A DNA stretch of 64,000 bases from an uncultured Gammaproteobacteria bacterium (GTDB lineage: Bacteria; Pseudomonadota; Gammaproteobacteria; DRLM01): the NCBI GenBank assembly GCA_963729605.1, contig CAVSNY010000007.1, positions 448,001-512,000 on the forward strand, given 5' to 3'. Both the position numbers and the translations under genes were made by a program. Under the pieces are notes generated by a model. The model had not been told where the DNA came from and did not search any database. It saw nothing but the letters and a program-made list of their open reading frames with translations. The first letter of the stretch is position 1. Every line of letters starts with the position of its first letter. This document shows positions 53,520 through 64,000 of this stretch, piece after piece.

Positions 53520-54015
53520 GGTATTTTTTCCTTCCTGACTTCGGCCCATGTAGAAATTACAAACAGCCGCTTGCTACAAGGTCCGAATAATTTGCCACGT
53601 ATGTATTTAGCTGGATTTAAGCGATTAGTGGCGTTGATGATGAAAAAGCGGATTGATTTGCACGTTGCGCCTGTGGCGTTTAATGCTGTGTTTGAAATAT
53701 TAAGCAGGAACCATTCCAGCGCGCGTTCGAAGGCGCTAAAAAGCGCGCGGCGTGTGGGTTAATCAGGCCGGGCGGGAGGCGATGCAGTACGCGTTATTGA
53801 AGGGAAGATACGTCTGGTCGAGGCGCGCGTCCGGCGAGTTTTACAAGGCGCGTTCGCGGGCTGGTGATTTCGGCGGATTGAGTTGCCCATTGATTTTTCG
53901 TTTTATAGATGCGCCGAACGGTTTGCACCCGCAATTTATTTCCCATCTCGAATGACGCGCGGCTCATGCCGCGATGATTTCTTTCACTCTTCGCGTCGCT
54001 ATGAACAGCGGCGCA

Positions 54016-55584
54016 TCAATGCCGGAAATGCCGCATGCCGGTGAACACCATGGCGATGCCGTGCTCGTTGGCGGCTTGAATCACTTCGTCGTCGCGCAGC
54101 GAGCCGCCGGGTTGAATGACGGCCGACACGCCGGCTTCCGCCGCGCTGTCCAGGCCGTCGCGGAAGGGGAAAAACGCGTCGGAGGCCATCACCGAGCCGG
54201 CGACTTGCAAACCGGCGTCGGCGGCCTTGATGGCGGCGATGCGCGCGCTGTAGACGCGGCTCATCTGGCCCGCGCCGACACCGATGGTCATGGTGTTTTT
54301 GGCGTAGACGATGGCGTTGGATTTGACGAATTTCGCGACCTTCCAGGCGAACAATAAATCGCGCAGTTCATCCGCGGTGGGCGCGCGTTGCGTCATCACC
54401 TTGAGATCGCCGCCGCCCACCATGCCGATGTCGCGATCCTGGATCAACAGTCCGCCGTTGACGCGTTTGTAATCTAAGCCGGCGGCGGGTTGCCGGTTCC
54501 ACGCGCCGCAGCTCAATACGCGCACGTTCTTTTTGGCGGCGAGTATCGGCAGCGCGTCATCTGCGACCGCGGGCGCGATGATGACTTCGACGAACTGGCG
54601 TTCGACGACGGCCTGTGCGGTGGCCGCATCGAGGGTTCGATTGAAGGCGATGATGCCGCCGAAGGCGGAGGTGGGATCGGTTTGATAGGCGCGGTCGTAG
54701 GCCTCGCGCAAATCGGCGCCCACCGCCACGCCGCAAGGGTTGGCGTGTTTGACGATGACGCAGGCCGGGGCATCGCTGAATTCCTTCACGCACTCCAGCG
54801 CGGCGTCGGTGTCGGCGATGTTGTTGAAGGAGAGTTCCTTGCCTTGCAATTGGCGCGCGGTGGACACGCTGGCCTCCGCGGGCCGGCGTTCGACGTAAAA
54901 CGCCGCGGCCTGATGCGGATTTTCGCCGTAACGCAAATCCTGCGCCTTGATGAATTGGCTGCTGTAGGTGCGCGGGAAACGCGCGTGTTCGCCATTGGTT
55001 TGAATGGCGCCGAGATAATTGGCGATGGCGCCGTCGTAGCGGGCGGTGTGTTCGAAGGTCTTCACCGCGAGGTCGAAACGGGTGGCGGCGCTCACCGCGC
55101 CGTGATGATCGCCCATCTCCTTCAGCACCCGCGGGTAATCGGCGCTGTCCACCACCACGGTGACCGCCGCGTGATTTTTCGCGGCGCTGCGCAACATGGT
55201 GGGGCCGCCGATGTCGATGTTCTCGATGGCGTCGGCGAGCGTGCAATCCGCTTGCGCCACGGTTTGTTCGAAGGGATAGAGATTCACCGCCAGCAAATCG
55301 ATGGGCATGATGGCGTGCTCGGCCATCACTGCGTCGTCAGGGCCGCGCCGGCCGAGTAAACCGCCGTGCACCTTGGGGTGTAGGGTCTTGATGCGGCCGT
55401 CCATCATTTCGGGGAAGCCGGTGTAATCGGCGACGTCGATGACGGTGATGCCGTGGTCGCGCAGAAGTTTGGCGGTGCCGCCGGTGGAAAGTATTTCCAC
55501 GTCCAGTGCGCTCAAGGCGCGGGCGAAATCCACCACGCCGGTCTTGTCGGACACGCTGATTAATGCCCGTTGAATTTTGTTCAT
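54016..55584 (-). CDS. purH: AICAR transformylase / IMP cyclohydrolase
   Basis: [44 protein letters not shown]. Confidence 0.99.
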   Translation of the reverse strand: MNKIQRALISVSDKTGVVDFARALSALDVEILSTGGTAKLLRDHGITVIDVADYTGFPEMMDGRIKTLHPKVHGGLLGRRGPDDAVMAEHAIMPIDLLAVNLYPFEQTVAQADCTLADAIENIDIGGPTMLRSAAKNHAAVTVVVDSADYPRVLKEMGDHHGAVSAATRFDLAVKTFEHTARYDGAIANYLGAIQTNGEHARFPRTYSSQFIKAQDLRYGENPHQAAAFYVERRPAEASVSTARQLQGKELSFNNIADTDAALECVKEFSDAPACVIVKHANPCGVAVGADLREAYDRAYQTDPTSAFGGIIAFNRTLDAATAQAVVERQFVEVIIAPAVADDALPILAAKKNVRVLSCGAWNRQPAAGLDYKRVNGGLLIQDRDIGMVGGGDLKVMTQRAPTADELRDLLFAWKVAKFVKSNAIVYAKNTMTIGVGAGQMSRVYSARIAAIKAADAGLQVAGSVMASDAFFPFRDGLDSAAEAGVSAVIQPGGSLRDDEVIQAANEHGIAMVFTGMRHFRH

Positions 55585-55704
55585 GCCTTGCTGCTCTCTA
55601 TTGTAGATCGACGAATTTTATACGCGGCCGCCGCGGGGCGCGCTGACATATTTGCCTTCGATCTCCTGCCGGAGAAGGAAGGCCTCGCTCGGATTCATGA
55701 TTAA

Positions 55705-55852
55705 AGAACCTCTGAATTCAGAGGTTCCGTGCGGTGCACAGATGCACCGCCATTTCTGGAACAGGTACGTGTTCGAGAAATGCAGAAAAACAAAAATCCC
55801 ATTTTTTGGTTTTCGTCTCTGAAAATCCAGGGACGGATTTTTCAGAGCTTCC
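55705..55852 (-). repeat. Five-hairpin MITE-like element, copy 2, between fis and purH
   Basis: AGAACCTCTGA ... TCAGAGCTTCC flanked by TTAA on both sides; same hairpin order as 47352-47494 in reverse orientation. Confidence 0.75.
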
Positions 55853-55919
55853 TTAAAAATTCCTGCGCCATGGAAGGAGCGTGGATAAAGTCCGGTGGCG
55901 GGATGGATGCCCGCGCTTA

Positions 55920-56210
55920 TCAGCCGAGGCCGTAGTGTTCGAGTTTCTTGCGCAAGGTGCTGCGGTTGATGCCGAGGATCTTGGCGGCCTTGCTCTGGTT
56001 GCCCCGCGTGTGGTGCATCACCGCTTCGAACAAGGGGCGTTCCACTTCGCAAATCACCAGCTCATAGACGTTCTCCGGCGGGTGGTCGTCCATGTCTCGA
56101 AAATAATGGCGCAGGGCGGTTTCGACGGCGCTGCCCAAGGGCTGTTTGCGACGCTCTTGTTGCGGATGAGGCTCGGGGCGTAGGGTGTTTTGTTCTGCGG
56201 TGCTGGACAT
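55920..56210 (-). CDS. fis: Fis DNA-binding protein
   Basis: EVERPL...TRGNQSKAAKILGINRSTLRKKL; follows dusB. Confidence 0.95.
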   Translation of the reverse strand: MSSTAEQNTLRPEPHPQQERRKQPLGSAVETALRHYFRDMDDHPPENVYELVICEVERPLFEAVMHHTRGNQSKAAKILGINRSTLRKKLEHYGLG

Positions 56211-56222
56211 GGCTTCTTTTTC

Positions 56223-57209
56223 TTAGGCGGCGCAGGCAATGCGTTCTTGCAGCGCGTCGAAGAAGGCTTCGATGTGCTGAAGTTGCGCGTTCGCGCTCGG
56301 GGCTTGGTTGATAAGCTGGCGGAAGATGGCGCCGCCTTCCTGTCCCTTACTGTACCAGGCGATGTGTTTGCGGGCCACCAACACGCCGGTGTGTTCTCCG
56401 TAGAAATCGTATAAGCGATGCAGATGCTGAATGAGGATGCGGCGGATCTCGCCCGCCGGCGGCTCGGCCAACAACTCGCCGCTGGCGAGGTAGTGGCCGA
56501 TGGCGCGGAACAGCCAGGGCGCGCCCTGGGCGGCGCGGCCGATCATCACCGCGTCGGCGCCGGTTTGTTCGAGCACCTGCTTGGCTTTTTGCGGGCTGGT
56601 GATGTCGCCGTTGGCGATCACCGGGATGCCGATCTCGGCCTTGATGGCGGCGATGGTGCCGTATTCCGCCTCGCCGCGGTAGGCGCAGGCGCGGGTGCGA
56701 CCGTGCACCGCCAGGGCCTGGATGCCGCTCCGTTCGGCGATGCGGGCGATGGCGACGCCGTTGCGGTGGTCCGGGTCCCAGCCGGTGCGGATCTTGAGGG
56801 TCACCGGCACGTCCACCGCCTTGACCACCGCTTCGAGAATGCGCGCTACCAGCGCCTCGTGTTGCAGCAGGGCGGAACCGGCCATCACATTGCAGACCTT
56901 TTTGGCGGGGCAGCCCATGTTGATGTCAATGATCTGCGCGCCGTGGTCGGCGTTGAGGCGCGCGGCCTCGGCCATCATCCGCGGATCGGCGCCGGCGATC
57001 TGCACCGAACGCGGCTCCATTTCGCCGGCGTGATTGATGCGGCGCTGAGTCTTGATCGTGCCCCACAGCAGTGAATTGGCGGACACCATTTCGGAGACCG
57101 CCATGCCGGCGCCCAGCTCTTTGCACAATTGGCGGAAGGGGCGATCGGTGACGCCCGCCATGGGGGCGAGGATGACGTTATTGGCCAAGCTGTAGGGACC
57201 AATGCGCAT
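56223..57209 (-). CDS. dusB: tRNA-dihydrouridine synthase B
   Basis: LAPMAGVTD, DINMGCPAKKV, HGRT, ANGDI. Confidence 0.97.
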   Translation of the reverse strand: MRIGPYSLANNVILAPMAGVTDRPFRQLCKELGAGMAVSEMVSANSLLWGTIKTQRRINHAGEMEPRSVQIAGADPRMMAEAARLNADHGAQIIDINMGCPAKKVCNVMAGSALLQHEALVARILEAVVKAVDVPVTLKIRTGWDPDHRNGVAIARIAERSGIQALAVHGRTRACAYRGEAEYGTIAAIKAEIGIPVIANGDITSPQKAKQVLEQTGADAVMIGRAAQGAPWLFRAIGHYLASGELLAEPPAGEIRRILIQHLHRLYDFYGEHTGVLVARKHIAWYSKGQEGGAIFRQLINQAPSANAQLQHIEAFFDALQERIACAA

Positions 57210-57327
57210 GGCGGGCGATCAATGTTCCGGGGGAAAGCGCCGCATGATACTCCCAACCGCGGGGGGGATAAAGGGCCTGGGCCGCGGTGTTTTTTCCTGC
57301 GCGCGCGCTCCGCGCGTATGAGGGTTT

Positions 57328-58500
57328 TTATAACAAATTGAATTGAAAGCTGACCGCTTGTTTGCCGGGATCGGCGATCTCCAAGGAGAATTTCACGGGC
57401 TCCCGCGGCGCCATGCCTTTTTTGATGTCGGTACCGGGCGGCAAATATTCGGCGGGACGGAAACGGCGCCCGGCCACCAGTTGATTGTTGAGGTCGGAGA
57501 AGCGGAGTTCCACCTGCGGATAGGCTTGGACGAAGGCGGCCTCGTTGACCAGGGTGGCGTCGATGAGCAGGGCGTGTTCGTGGCCGGGGTGGGATTGCAC
57601 CACCCGATTGGCGAGGCTGATGCGGCCGGGGTCTTTTTGCAGGGGCACGTCGCAGCCGAAGGTATCGCACAGTTGGGTGAGCCAAGGCCGCAGCTCGGGG
57701 TATTGGGCCAGTTCCTCGCGATTGAAGTAGGCGTATTGCCCCAGCAGCACGGCGATCAGCGCGATATTCGCCAGCGCCCAGGCGGCGATTCTCCAGCCGC
57801 CGCCGTTTTCCGCGGCCACCGGTAAGACCGCCGCCGGGCGGGGTTCGATGCTGATGGGGGCGAGGCCCGCTGTTTCGTCGCGCAGCAGGTCGTTGTCCAG
57901 CCCGTTGACCGTGGGTTCGCGGCGGATATTCGCCACGGCGTGGTCCGCGGTCGTCCACGGCGCGCTGGTGATGCGGCCGTGTTGGTCGGCGCTGAAGGGT
58001 TTGATCTCGCGCAGGCCGTGAAGAGGGGCGGCGGCGGGCGGCGGCGCTGGCGGTTCGCCGTCGTCATGCGATGCGGCGGCTTGTACGGAGCTGGGGGCGT
58101 CGCCGCTCTTTTGCGGGGTGTCGGGCGCGGCGGCGTGGCCCTGCGCCATAAAGTCCGCCACGCTTTTATAGAAGGAGGGGCCGGACGCCGTTGCGGCCGC
58201 GCCGGATGAGGAGACGGGCGTCTCCTCGCGTTCGTGTTGGTCGGTCGCCTGTTCCGTGGGACGGTCGATGTCCGCGACGTCCGCCGCCGGCGCGGGTTCA
58301 TGAACCAAGTCGGTGGGCGCCGTGGCGCCGCCGGCGGGTTGAATGAAGCGCTCCGGCAATTCGCTCAGCGACTCCAGGGCGTTGAAGCCCTGTTCGCACA
58401 CGCCGCAGCGCACCTGGCCGCGGGCCTGGGCGAGCTGGCCGGCGTTGATGCGGAAGACGGTCGCGCACTTCGGGCACTGGGTGTACATGGCGGCGGTCAC
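57328..58500 (-). CDS. Zinc-ribbon and DUF3426 domain membrane protein
   Basis: TQCPKC...GQVRCGVC...FNA, single TM, C-terminal domain with F.P.EYL; usual position between prmA and dusB. Confidence 0.88.
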   Translation of the reverse strand: MTAAMYTQCPKCATVFRINAGQLAQARGQVRCGVCEQGFNALESLSELPERFIQPAGGATAPTDLVHEPAPAADVADIDRPTEQATDQHEREETPVSSSGAAATASGPSFYKSVADFMAQGHAAAPDTPQKSGDAPSSVQAAASHDDGEPPAPPPAAAPLHGLREIKPFSADQHGRITSAPWTTADHAVANIRREPTVNGLDNDLLRDETAGLAPISIEPRPAAVLPVAAENGGGWRIAAWALANIALIAVLLGQYAYFNREELAQYPELRPWLTQLCDTFGCDVPLQKDPGRISLANRVVQSHPGHEHALLIDATLVNEAAFVQAYPQVELRFSDLNNQLVAGRRFRPAEYLPPGTDIKKGMAPREPVKFSLEIADPGKQAVSFQFNLL

Positions 58501-58515
58501 TTCCCTGTCGGTCCG

Positions 58516-59409
58516 CTACGCGGCGGGTGTCTGGTTGCGTCGGCCGTGGGCGCGGACCCAACCCTCGCGCACGGTGATGGGGGCCATGGTAAACCAAGCG
58601 CGGTAATTTTCCAGCACCTCCTCGGCCTGTTCGGCGAGGATGCCCGACAACACGACGCGGCCGCCGGGCGGCAACAAGCGCGCGAAGCGCGGCGCGAGCG
58701 AGATCAACGGCGCGGCGAGGATGTTGGCCAGCACGACGTCGGCGTGGGTCGCCGTCAGGTTTTCCGCGCTGCAAACGGTAATGGCCGTTTCGACGCCGTT
58801 GACCGCCGCGTTGTCGCGGGTGGCGAGCAGGGCCTGCGGGTCGTGGTCTACCGCCCACACCTCGGCCGCGCCGAGTTTGGCGGCGGCGATGGCGAGGATG
58901 CCCGAGCCGCAGCCGAAGTCGATGACGGTTTGATCGGCGAGGTCTTCGCCGTCCAGCCATTCCAGGCAGAGGGCGGTGGTGGCGTGGGTGCCGGTGCCGA
59001 AGGCCAGGCCCGGATCGAGCATGACGTTGACCGCCGCCGGGTCCGGCGGCGTATGCCAGCGGGGACAGACCCACAGCCGATTGCCGAAGCGGAGGGGATG
59101 GAATTGATCCATCCAGGCCCGTTCCCAGTCTTGGTCGGGGAGGAGGGTGACGGTCGCGCGCAGCGGCGTGGTTTGCGCCGCGTCGCTTTGCAGCCGCGCC
59201 AGTATCGCGGCGGCGTCGCCGTCGGCGGCGAACAGGCCGATCACGTGGGTGTTGACCCACAGCGGGCTATCGCCCGGTTCGAGCTGAAACAGGGGTTGAT
59301 CGGCGGCGTCTTGTAAAGTGACCGCCGCCGCGCCCGCGTCGTGCAGGACCTCGGCGAGACGCTCCGCTTGGTCTTGCTGGGTTTCAATGGTGATTTGTAG
59401 CCAAGGCAT
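58516..59409 (-). CDS. prmA: Ribosomal protein L11 methyltransferase
   Basis: MPWLQI, DWERAW, LDPGLAFGTGTH.TT, DFGCGSGIL, ANILA. Confidence 0.97.
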   Translation of the reverse strand: MPWLQITIETQQDQAERLAEVLHDAGAAAVTLQDAADQPLFQLEPGDSPLWVNTHVIGLFAADGDAAAILARLQSDAAQTTPLRATVTLLPDQDWERAWMDQFHPLRFGNRLWVCPRWHTPPDPAAVNVMLDPGLAFGTGTHATTALCLEWLDGEDLADQTVIDFGCGSGILAIAAAKLGAAEVWAVDHDPQALLATRDNAAVNGVETAITVCSAENLTATHADVVLANILAAPLISLAPRFARLLPPGGRVVLSGILAEQAEEVLENYRAWFTMAPITVREGWVRAHGRRNQTPAA

Positions 59410-59588
59410 GGTGTGATTCGATGTGTCGAAGTGGGTGTGGTGTCGCCGGTTATTGGGCAAAGCGTACGAGAGCAATCATCCGTTATTCGAAGCCTTCCGC
59501 TTCCGCGTGGCGCGCGAACCGCAGGCCTGGCCTGCCCGGCGCGGGGGTCGATAAATTTACGCCGAGGCGGGGAACGCCGGAGTGATGT

Positions 59589-60938
59589 TCAACCCGCCGC
59601 GAGCTTGAGCTTCTTTTCCAGGAAATGGATATGCGTGCCGCCGGCCTGGAAGGCGTTGTCGTTGAGGATGTCGCGGTGCAGCAGGATGTTGGTCTTGATG
59701 CCTTCCACCACCATCTCGGTGAGCGCGGTGCGCATGCGCGCCAGCGCCTTCTCGCGGTCGTCGCCGTAGGCGATGATCTTGCCGATCATCGAGTCGTAAT
59801 ACGGCGGCACGACATAGCCGGAATAGAGATGGGAGTCCACCCGGATGCCCGGTCCGCCCGGCGGATGATAAAGCGTGATCGCGCCCGGCGAGGGCGTAAA
59901 GGTCTTGGGATCCTCCGCGTTGATGCGGCACTCGATGGCATGGCCGCGGAACTGGATGTCTTTTTGTTTGTACGAAAGCGGTTCGCCCGCGGCGATCTTG
60001 AGCTGTTCCTTGACGATGTCCACGCCGGTGATCATCTCGGTGACCGGATGTTCGACCTGCAAGCGGGTGTTCATCTCGATGAAATAGAATTCGTCGTTTT
60101 CGAAGAGGAACTCGAAGGTGCCGGCGCCGCGGTAACCGATTTTGCGGCAGGCCTCGGCGCAGCGTTCGCCGATCTTGTTGCGGAGTTTTTCCGAGAGCCC
60201 CGGCGCCGGGGATTCCTCGATGACCTTTTGGTGGCGGCGCTGCATCGAGCAGTCGCGTTCGCCCAGGTGGATGGCGTTGCCCTGGCCGTCGGCCAGCACC
60301 TGGAATTCGATGTGACGCGGCGTTTGCAGGAATTTCTCCATGTACACCGTGTCATTGCCGAAGGCCGAGGCCGCTTCACTTTTGGTGAGCGACAAGGCCT
60401 CGAGCAGCGTCGCCTCGCCGTGCACCACCCGCATGCCGCGCCCGCCGCCGCCGCCGGCGGCCTTGATGATGATCGGGTAGCCGATGTCGCGGGCCATGGC
60501 GATGACTTCGTCGGGATTTTCGGGGATCGGCCCGTCGGAGCCGGGCACGCAGGGGATGCCGGCCTTTTTCATGGCCGCCTTGGCGGAGATCTTGTCGCCC
60601 ATCAGGCGGATGGTGTCGGGTCGCGGACCGATGAAGATGAAGCCGCTGCGGTCCACCGCCTCGGCGAAGTCGGCGTTTTCCGACAGGAAGCCGTAACCGG
60701 GGTGGATGGCCACCGCGTCGGTGACCTCGGCGGCGCTGATCACCGCCGGGATGTTCAGATAACTTTTGGCGGCGGCGGGCGGGCCGATGCACACCGATTC
60801 GTCGGCGAGCCGCACGTGTTTGAGGTCGCGGTCGGCGGTGGAATGCACCGCCACGGTTTTGATGCCGAGTTCTTTGCAGGCGCGCCAGATACGCAGGGCG
60901 ATTTCGCCGCGATTGGCGATGACGACTTTATCCAACAT
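59589..60938 (-). CDS. accC: Biotin carboxylase
   Basis: [34 protein letters not shown]. Confidence 0.99.
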   Translation of the reverse strand: MLDKVVIANRGEIALRIWRACKELGIKTVAVHSTADRDLKHVRLADESVCIGPPAAAKSYLNIPAVISAAEVTDAVAIHPGYGFLSENADFAEAVDRSGFIFIGPRPDTIRLMGDKISAKAAMKKAGIPCVPGSDGPIPENPDEVIAMARDIGYPIIIKAAGGGGGRGMRVVHGEATLLEALSLTKSEAASAFGNDTVYMEKFLQTPRHIEFQVLADGQGNAIHLGERDCSMQRRHQKVIEESPAPGLSEKLRNKIGERCAEACRKIGYRGAGTFEFLFENDEFYFIEMNTRLQVEHPVTEMITGVDIVKEQLKIAAGEPLSYKQKDIQFRGHAIECRINAEDPKTFTPSPGAITLYHPPGGPGIRVDSHLYSGYVVPPYYDSMIGKIIAYGDDREKALARMRTALTEMVVEGIKTNILLHRDILNDNAFQAGGTHIHFLEKKLKLAAG

Positions 60939-60978
60939 GAGATGTATTCACCGTGGGCTGACAGACTCGGTTTATTGG

Positions 60979-61431
60979 CTATTCAATGATGAACAGGGGC
61001 TGGCCGTATTCGACCGGCTGGCCGTTCTCGACCAGGATGGCCTTGATCGACCCCGCTTGGTCCGCTTCGATTTGATTGAACATTTTCATCGCTTCGATGA
61101 TGCACAGCGTATCGCCGACGTTGACGCGCTGGCCCACTTCGACGAAGGATTTGTTGCCGGGCGCGGACGAGCGGTAAAAGGTGCCGACCATGGGGCTGAT
61201 CACGGCATGGCCGGTGGGAAGGTCGCTTTTGGCGGCTTCGGTCACGGCGGCGGCCACGGGCGCCGCGGCCGGCGCCGAGGCCGCGTACATGGCCGGGGCC
61301 ATCATGGTGTGGGCGCTCGGCGGGCTATAACGGCTGATGCGCACCGATTCTTCCCCTTCGCGGATCTCGATTTCGGCGATACCGGATTCTTCGAGGAGTT
61401 CTATGAGTTTTTTGACTTTACGAATGTCCAT
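60979..61431 (-). CDS. accB: Biotin carboxyl carrier protein
   Basis: [25 protein letters not shown]. Confidence 0.98.
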   Translation of the reverse strand: MDIRKVKKLIELLEESGIAEIEIREGEESVRISRYSPPSAHTMMAPAMYAASAPAAAPVAAAVTEAAKSDLPTGHAVISPMVGTFYRSSAPGNKSFVEVGQRVNVGDTLCIIEAMKMFNQIEADQAGSIKAILVENGQPVEYGQPLFIIE

Positions 61432-61435
61432 GTTT

Positions 61436-61894
61436 CTATTCGCTACCTGATGTGTTGTCGGCAAGCCGTTGCAGTACGACTTGCAATGCCAATTGATAAC
61501 CCTGCGGCCCGCAGCCGCTGATGACGCCCGCCGCCACGTCGGCAAAATACGAGTGGCGGCGGAAGGGCTCGCGGGCGTGGATGTTCGATAAATGTACTTC
61601 GAGGAACGGGATGTTCACCGCCAGGAGCGCGTCGCGCAGCGCCACGCTGGTGTGGGTGTAGGCCGCCGGGTTGAAGATGATGAAGGCCACCCCTTCCCGG
61701 GCGGCGGCGTGTATACGCTCGATCAAGGCGTGTTCGGCGTTGCTTTGAAAACACGACAGCTGGTGGCCTTGCGCCAGCGCGGTGCTCTCCAGCTCGTGGT
61801 TGATGGTGGCCAGGGTGGCGTGGCCGTACAGCGCCGGTTCGCGGCTGCCGAGCAAATTCAGATTGGGTCCGTGCAACACCAGTAATGTAGCCAT
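61436..61894 (-). CDS. aroQ: Type II 3-dehydroquinate dehydratase
   Basis: [28 protein letters not shown]. Confidence 0.98.
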   Translation of the reverse strand: MATLLVLHGPNLNLLGSREPALYGHATLATINHELESTALAQGHQLSCFQSNAEHALIERIHAAAREGVAFIIFNPAAYTHTSVALRDALLAVNIPFLEVHLSNIHAREPFRRHSYFADVAAGVISGCGPQGYQLALQVVLQRLADNTSGSE

Positions 61895-62099
61895 GGGCCT
61901 TCCTTAGGATATCCCTTCAGGCGCGCGTGGCGTGCAGGGCACAGACAACGCCGCCTCTTATTTTACGCGGCGGGGTTTGCCTGACCGCAGCGCGTCATCA
62001 TTCTGCATGGCGAGGTTGAATTTGTCCACATGGATAAATGTTTCCGGTCTTTCGCAGCAGATCGCGGCGAATTGGTCTCTTTTGCTTGGGAGAGACGGG

Positions 62100-62666
62100 C
62101 TAGAGCAGGGAGGCGATCACTTGTCGCGCCGTGGCCTCGCTGAGCTCGCCGTAGCGGGTGTAGGCGACCCGCCCTTGGCGGTCGATGATCACGGTATAGG
62201 GCAATATCCCCGTCATATTGCCGTATTGCCGGGCGACCGCGATGCCGTCTTCCTCGCTCACCAGCACCGGGTAGTCGATGGCGGTGTCCTTGGTGTAATC
62301 GACGACGGACTTGTGGTCGTCGATGGCGATGCCGACGAATTGCAGGCCGGCCGCGCCCATCTCCGCTTGCAAGGCGTTGAAGCCGGGAATCTCCCGTTTA
62401 CAGGGCGGACACCAGGTCGCCCAGAAATTGACGGCGATCACCTTGCCGTCCCATTCCTTGACCGCGCGCGGCTCGCCGGTAAGGTCGGGCAGGGTGAAGT
62501 CGGGGCGGGGCTGGCTGACGATGCCTTGGGCTTGGGTGGTGTCTTGCGCCTTTTGTTCCTTATTAGAGAGTTCGTTGAATATCCCGGCGGCGCCGAAAAT
62601 CACGCCTGCCACGGCGATGGCGGAGAAGACGACGGCGGGGCGTTTGAGGAGGTCGCTGACGGCCAT
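62100..62666 (-). CDS. TlpA-family thiol-disulfide oxidoreductase
   Basis: N-terminal TM, NFWATWCPPC, LPYT. Confidence 0.92.
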   Translation of the reverse strand: MAVSDLLKRPAVVFSAIAVAGVIFGAAGIFNELSNKEQKAQDTTQAQGIVSQPRPDFTLPDLTGEPRAVKEWDGKVIAVNFWATWCPPCKREIPGFNALQAEMGAAGLQFVGIAIDDHKSVVDYTKDTAIDYPVLVSEEDGIAVARQYGNMTGILPYTVIIDRQGRVAYTRYGELSEATARQVIASLL

Positions 62667-62677
62667 GCTGATTCCTG

Positions 62678-64000
62678 TTATGAACCGTTGAAGGTGCGTT
62701 GGACATGGGCCGCGAATTCTTCGGGCCCGAAGTAACCCACCAAGCGGTAGGGCTGCTGTTCCACGCCGCGGGCGTCGAAGAAGACGATGCCGGGCGGGCC
62801 GAACAGGCCGAATTGTTTGAGCAAGGCCTGGTCTTGCCGGTCGTTGGCGGTGACGTCGGCCTGTAACAACACGGTGTCCGCCAAGGCGGCTTGCACCTTG
62901 GCATCGGAGAAGGTGTTGCGCTCCATCTCTTTGCAGCTCACGCACCAGTCGGCGTAGAAATCCAGCATCACGGTTTTGCCGTTGGCGCCGGCCAAGGCCG
63001 CGTTGAGGCCGTCCGGGCCTTTGATCCGGGTGAAGCGCAGGCCATGGGCGTCATCGGTCCCCGACGACGAGGCGAAACTGACGCCGCGCAAAGGTTGGAA
63101 TACGTCGTTGCCGCCGCCCGCGGCGCCCACCAGCAGCAGGGCACCGTACAACATCAGCACCAGGCCCGAGCCTTTCCACAATTTGCGCCAGCCGGTGGCG
63201 TCGGGCAGCAGGCGGTCGAAGGCGCCCATATAAACCGCCGAGACGATGAGCAACACGCCCCACAACACCAGGCCGAGTTGCGGCGGGATGATACGTTCCA
63301 GCATCCAGATCGCGAGGGCCAACAGCAGGACGCCGAAGATGGCTTTGATGGTATTCATCCAGCCGCTGATCTTGGGCAGCCACTTGCCGGCCGACGTGCC
63401 GACCGCCAGCAAGGGCAGGCCCATGCCCATGCTCATGGCGAACAAGGCGAAGCCGCCCAGTACCGCGTCGCCGGTTTGGCCGATGTAGATCAATGCGCCC
63501 GCCAGCGGCGCGGCCACGCAGGGACCGACGATGAGGGCGGACAATAAACCCATCACCGCGGCGCCGACCAGCGTGCCGCCCTTTTGCCGGTTGCTGAGCT
63601 CGCTGAGTTTGGTCTGCCAGCTGGTCGGCATTTGCAGGTTGTAAAAGCCGAACATGCCCAGCGCCAGCACGACGAACAGCGCGCTGAAACTGCCGATGAT
63701 CCACGGGTTTTGAAAGGTCGCTTGCAGGTTGGCGCCGAACAGCCCGGCCAGGATGCCCGCGATGGTGTAAGTGACGGCCATCGCCAGCACATAGGCCAGC
63801 GACAGGCTGAAGGCCCGGCGGGTAGTCACGGTGGCGCCTTGGCCCACGATCAAGGTCGAGAGGATGGGCAGCATGGGGAAGACGCAGGGGGTGAAGGCCA
63901 GCAGGATGCCCACCCCGAAAAAGCTCAAGAGGGTGGCGAGGCGGTCGCCGCCTTGCAGAGATTGGGCGTAGCGGTCTTGTTCGGAGACGAAGCCGCCGCT
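62678..64000 (-). CDS. dsbD: Thiol:disulfide interchange protein DsbD (5' part outside the window)
   Basis: FTPCVFPM, GPCVAAPL, DFYADWCVSC. Confidence 0.96.
   Translation of the reverse strand, partial: SGGFVSEQDRYAQSLQGGDRLATLLSFFGVGILLAFTPCVFPMLPILSTLIVGQGATVTTRRAFSLSLAYVLAMAVTYTIAGILAGLFGANLQATFQNPWIIGSFSALFVVLALGMFGFYNLQMPTSWQTKLSELSNRQKGGTLVGAAVMGLLSALIVGPCVAAPLAGALIYIGQTGDAVLGGFALFAMSMGMGLPLLAVGTSAGKWLPKISGWMNTIKAIFGVLLLALAIWMLERIIPPQLGLVLWGVLLIVSAVYMGAFDRLLPDATGWRKLWKGSGLVLMLYGALLLVGAAGGGNDVFQPLRGVSFASSSGTDDAHGLRFTRIKGPDGLNAALAGANGKTVMLDFYADWCVSCKEMERNTFSDAKVQAALADTVLLQADVTANDRQDQALLKQFGLFGPPGIVFFDARGVEQQPYRLVGYFGPEEFAAHVQRTFNGS

Noticed and set aside
55585-55700. ZTP riboswitch upstream of purH
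   Set aside because: No GACUGGCG or GCCUGGGC consensus elements seen.

Overview
GC-rich gammaproteobacterial chromosome window. The backbone is housekeeping: fimW-like PilZ gene, tRNA-Ile(CAU), rpoD-dnaG-yqeY-rpsU, tsaD, typA, pip, dtd, apaH, ccp, hemF, tsaC, purD, purH-fis-dusB, prmA-accC-accB-aroQ and tlpA-dsbD. Two accessory blocks split normally adjacent gene pairs. (1) About 25 kb lies between rpsU and tsaD (6621-31299). It holds the genes to make the molybdopterin pterin-dithiolene ligand (moaA, moaC, moaD, moaE, moeB) but no Mo-insertion genes (mogA/moeA), no Mo transporter and no Mo or Ni enzyme. It also carries NikR with a nickel ECF importer, a phosphatase, a SAM methyltransferase, FmdE, a Kelch propeller, an apparently highly expressed secreted protein, an MMPL/LolA-like/three-barrel export set and an ABC exporter with Trp-rich repeats. 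My best hypothesis (inference) is an undescribed pathway that makes and exports a nickel pterin-dithiolene cofactor or metallophore. (2) About 9.5 kb lies between purD and purH: an SBBP surface protein, an IS5-interrupted lipoprotein, an AAA ATPase and a KaiC-like/histidine kinase pair. Non-coding signals include two diverged copies of a ~145-bp five-hairpin element with compensatory changes, a 14-bp palindromic motif shared by two island promoters, a NikR-type operator and an internally deleted ATP-grasp pseudogene. All family calls come from motif recognition by eye; no database searches were run.
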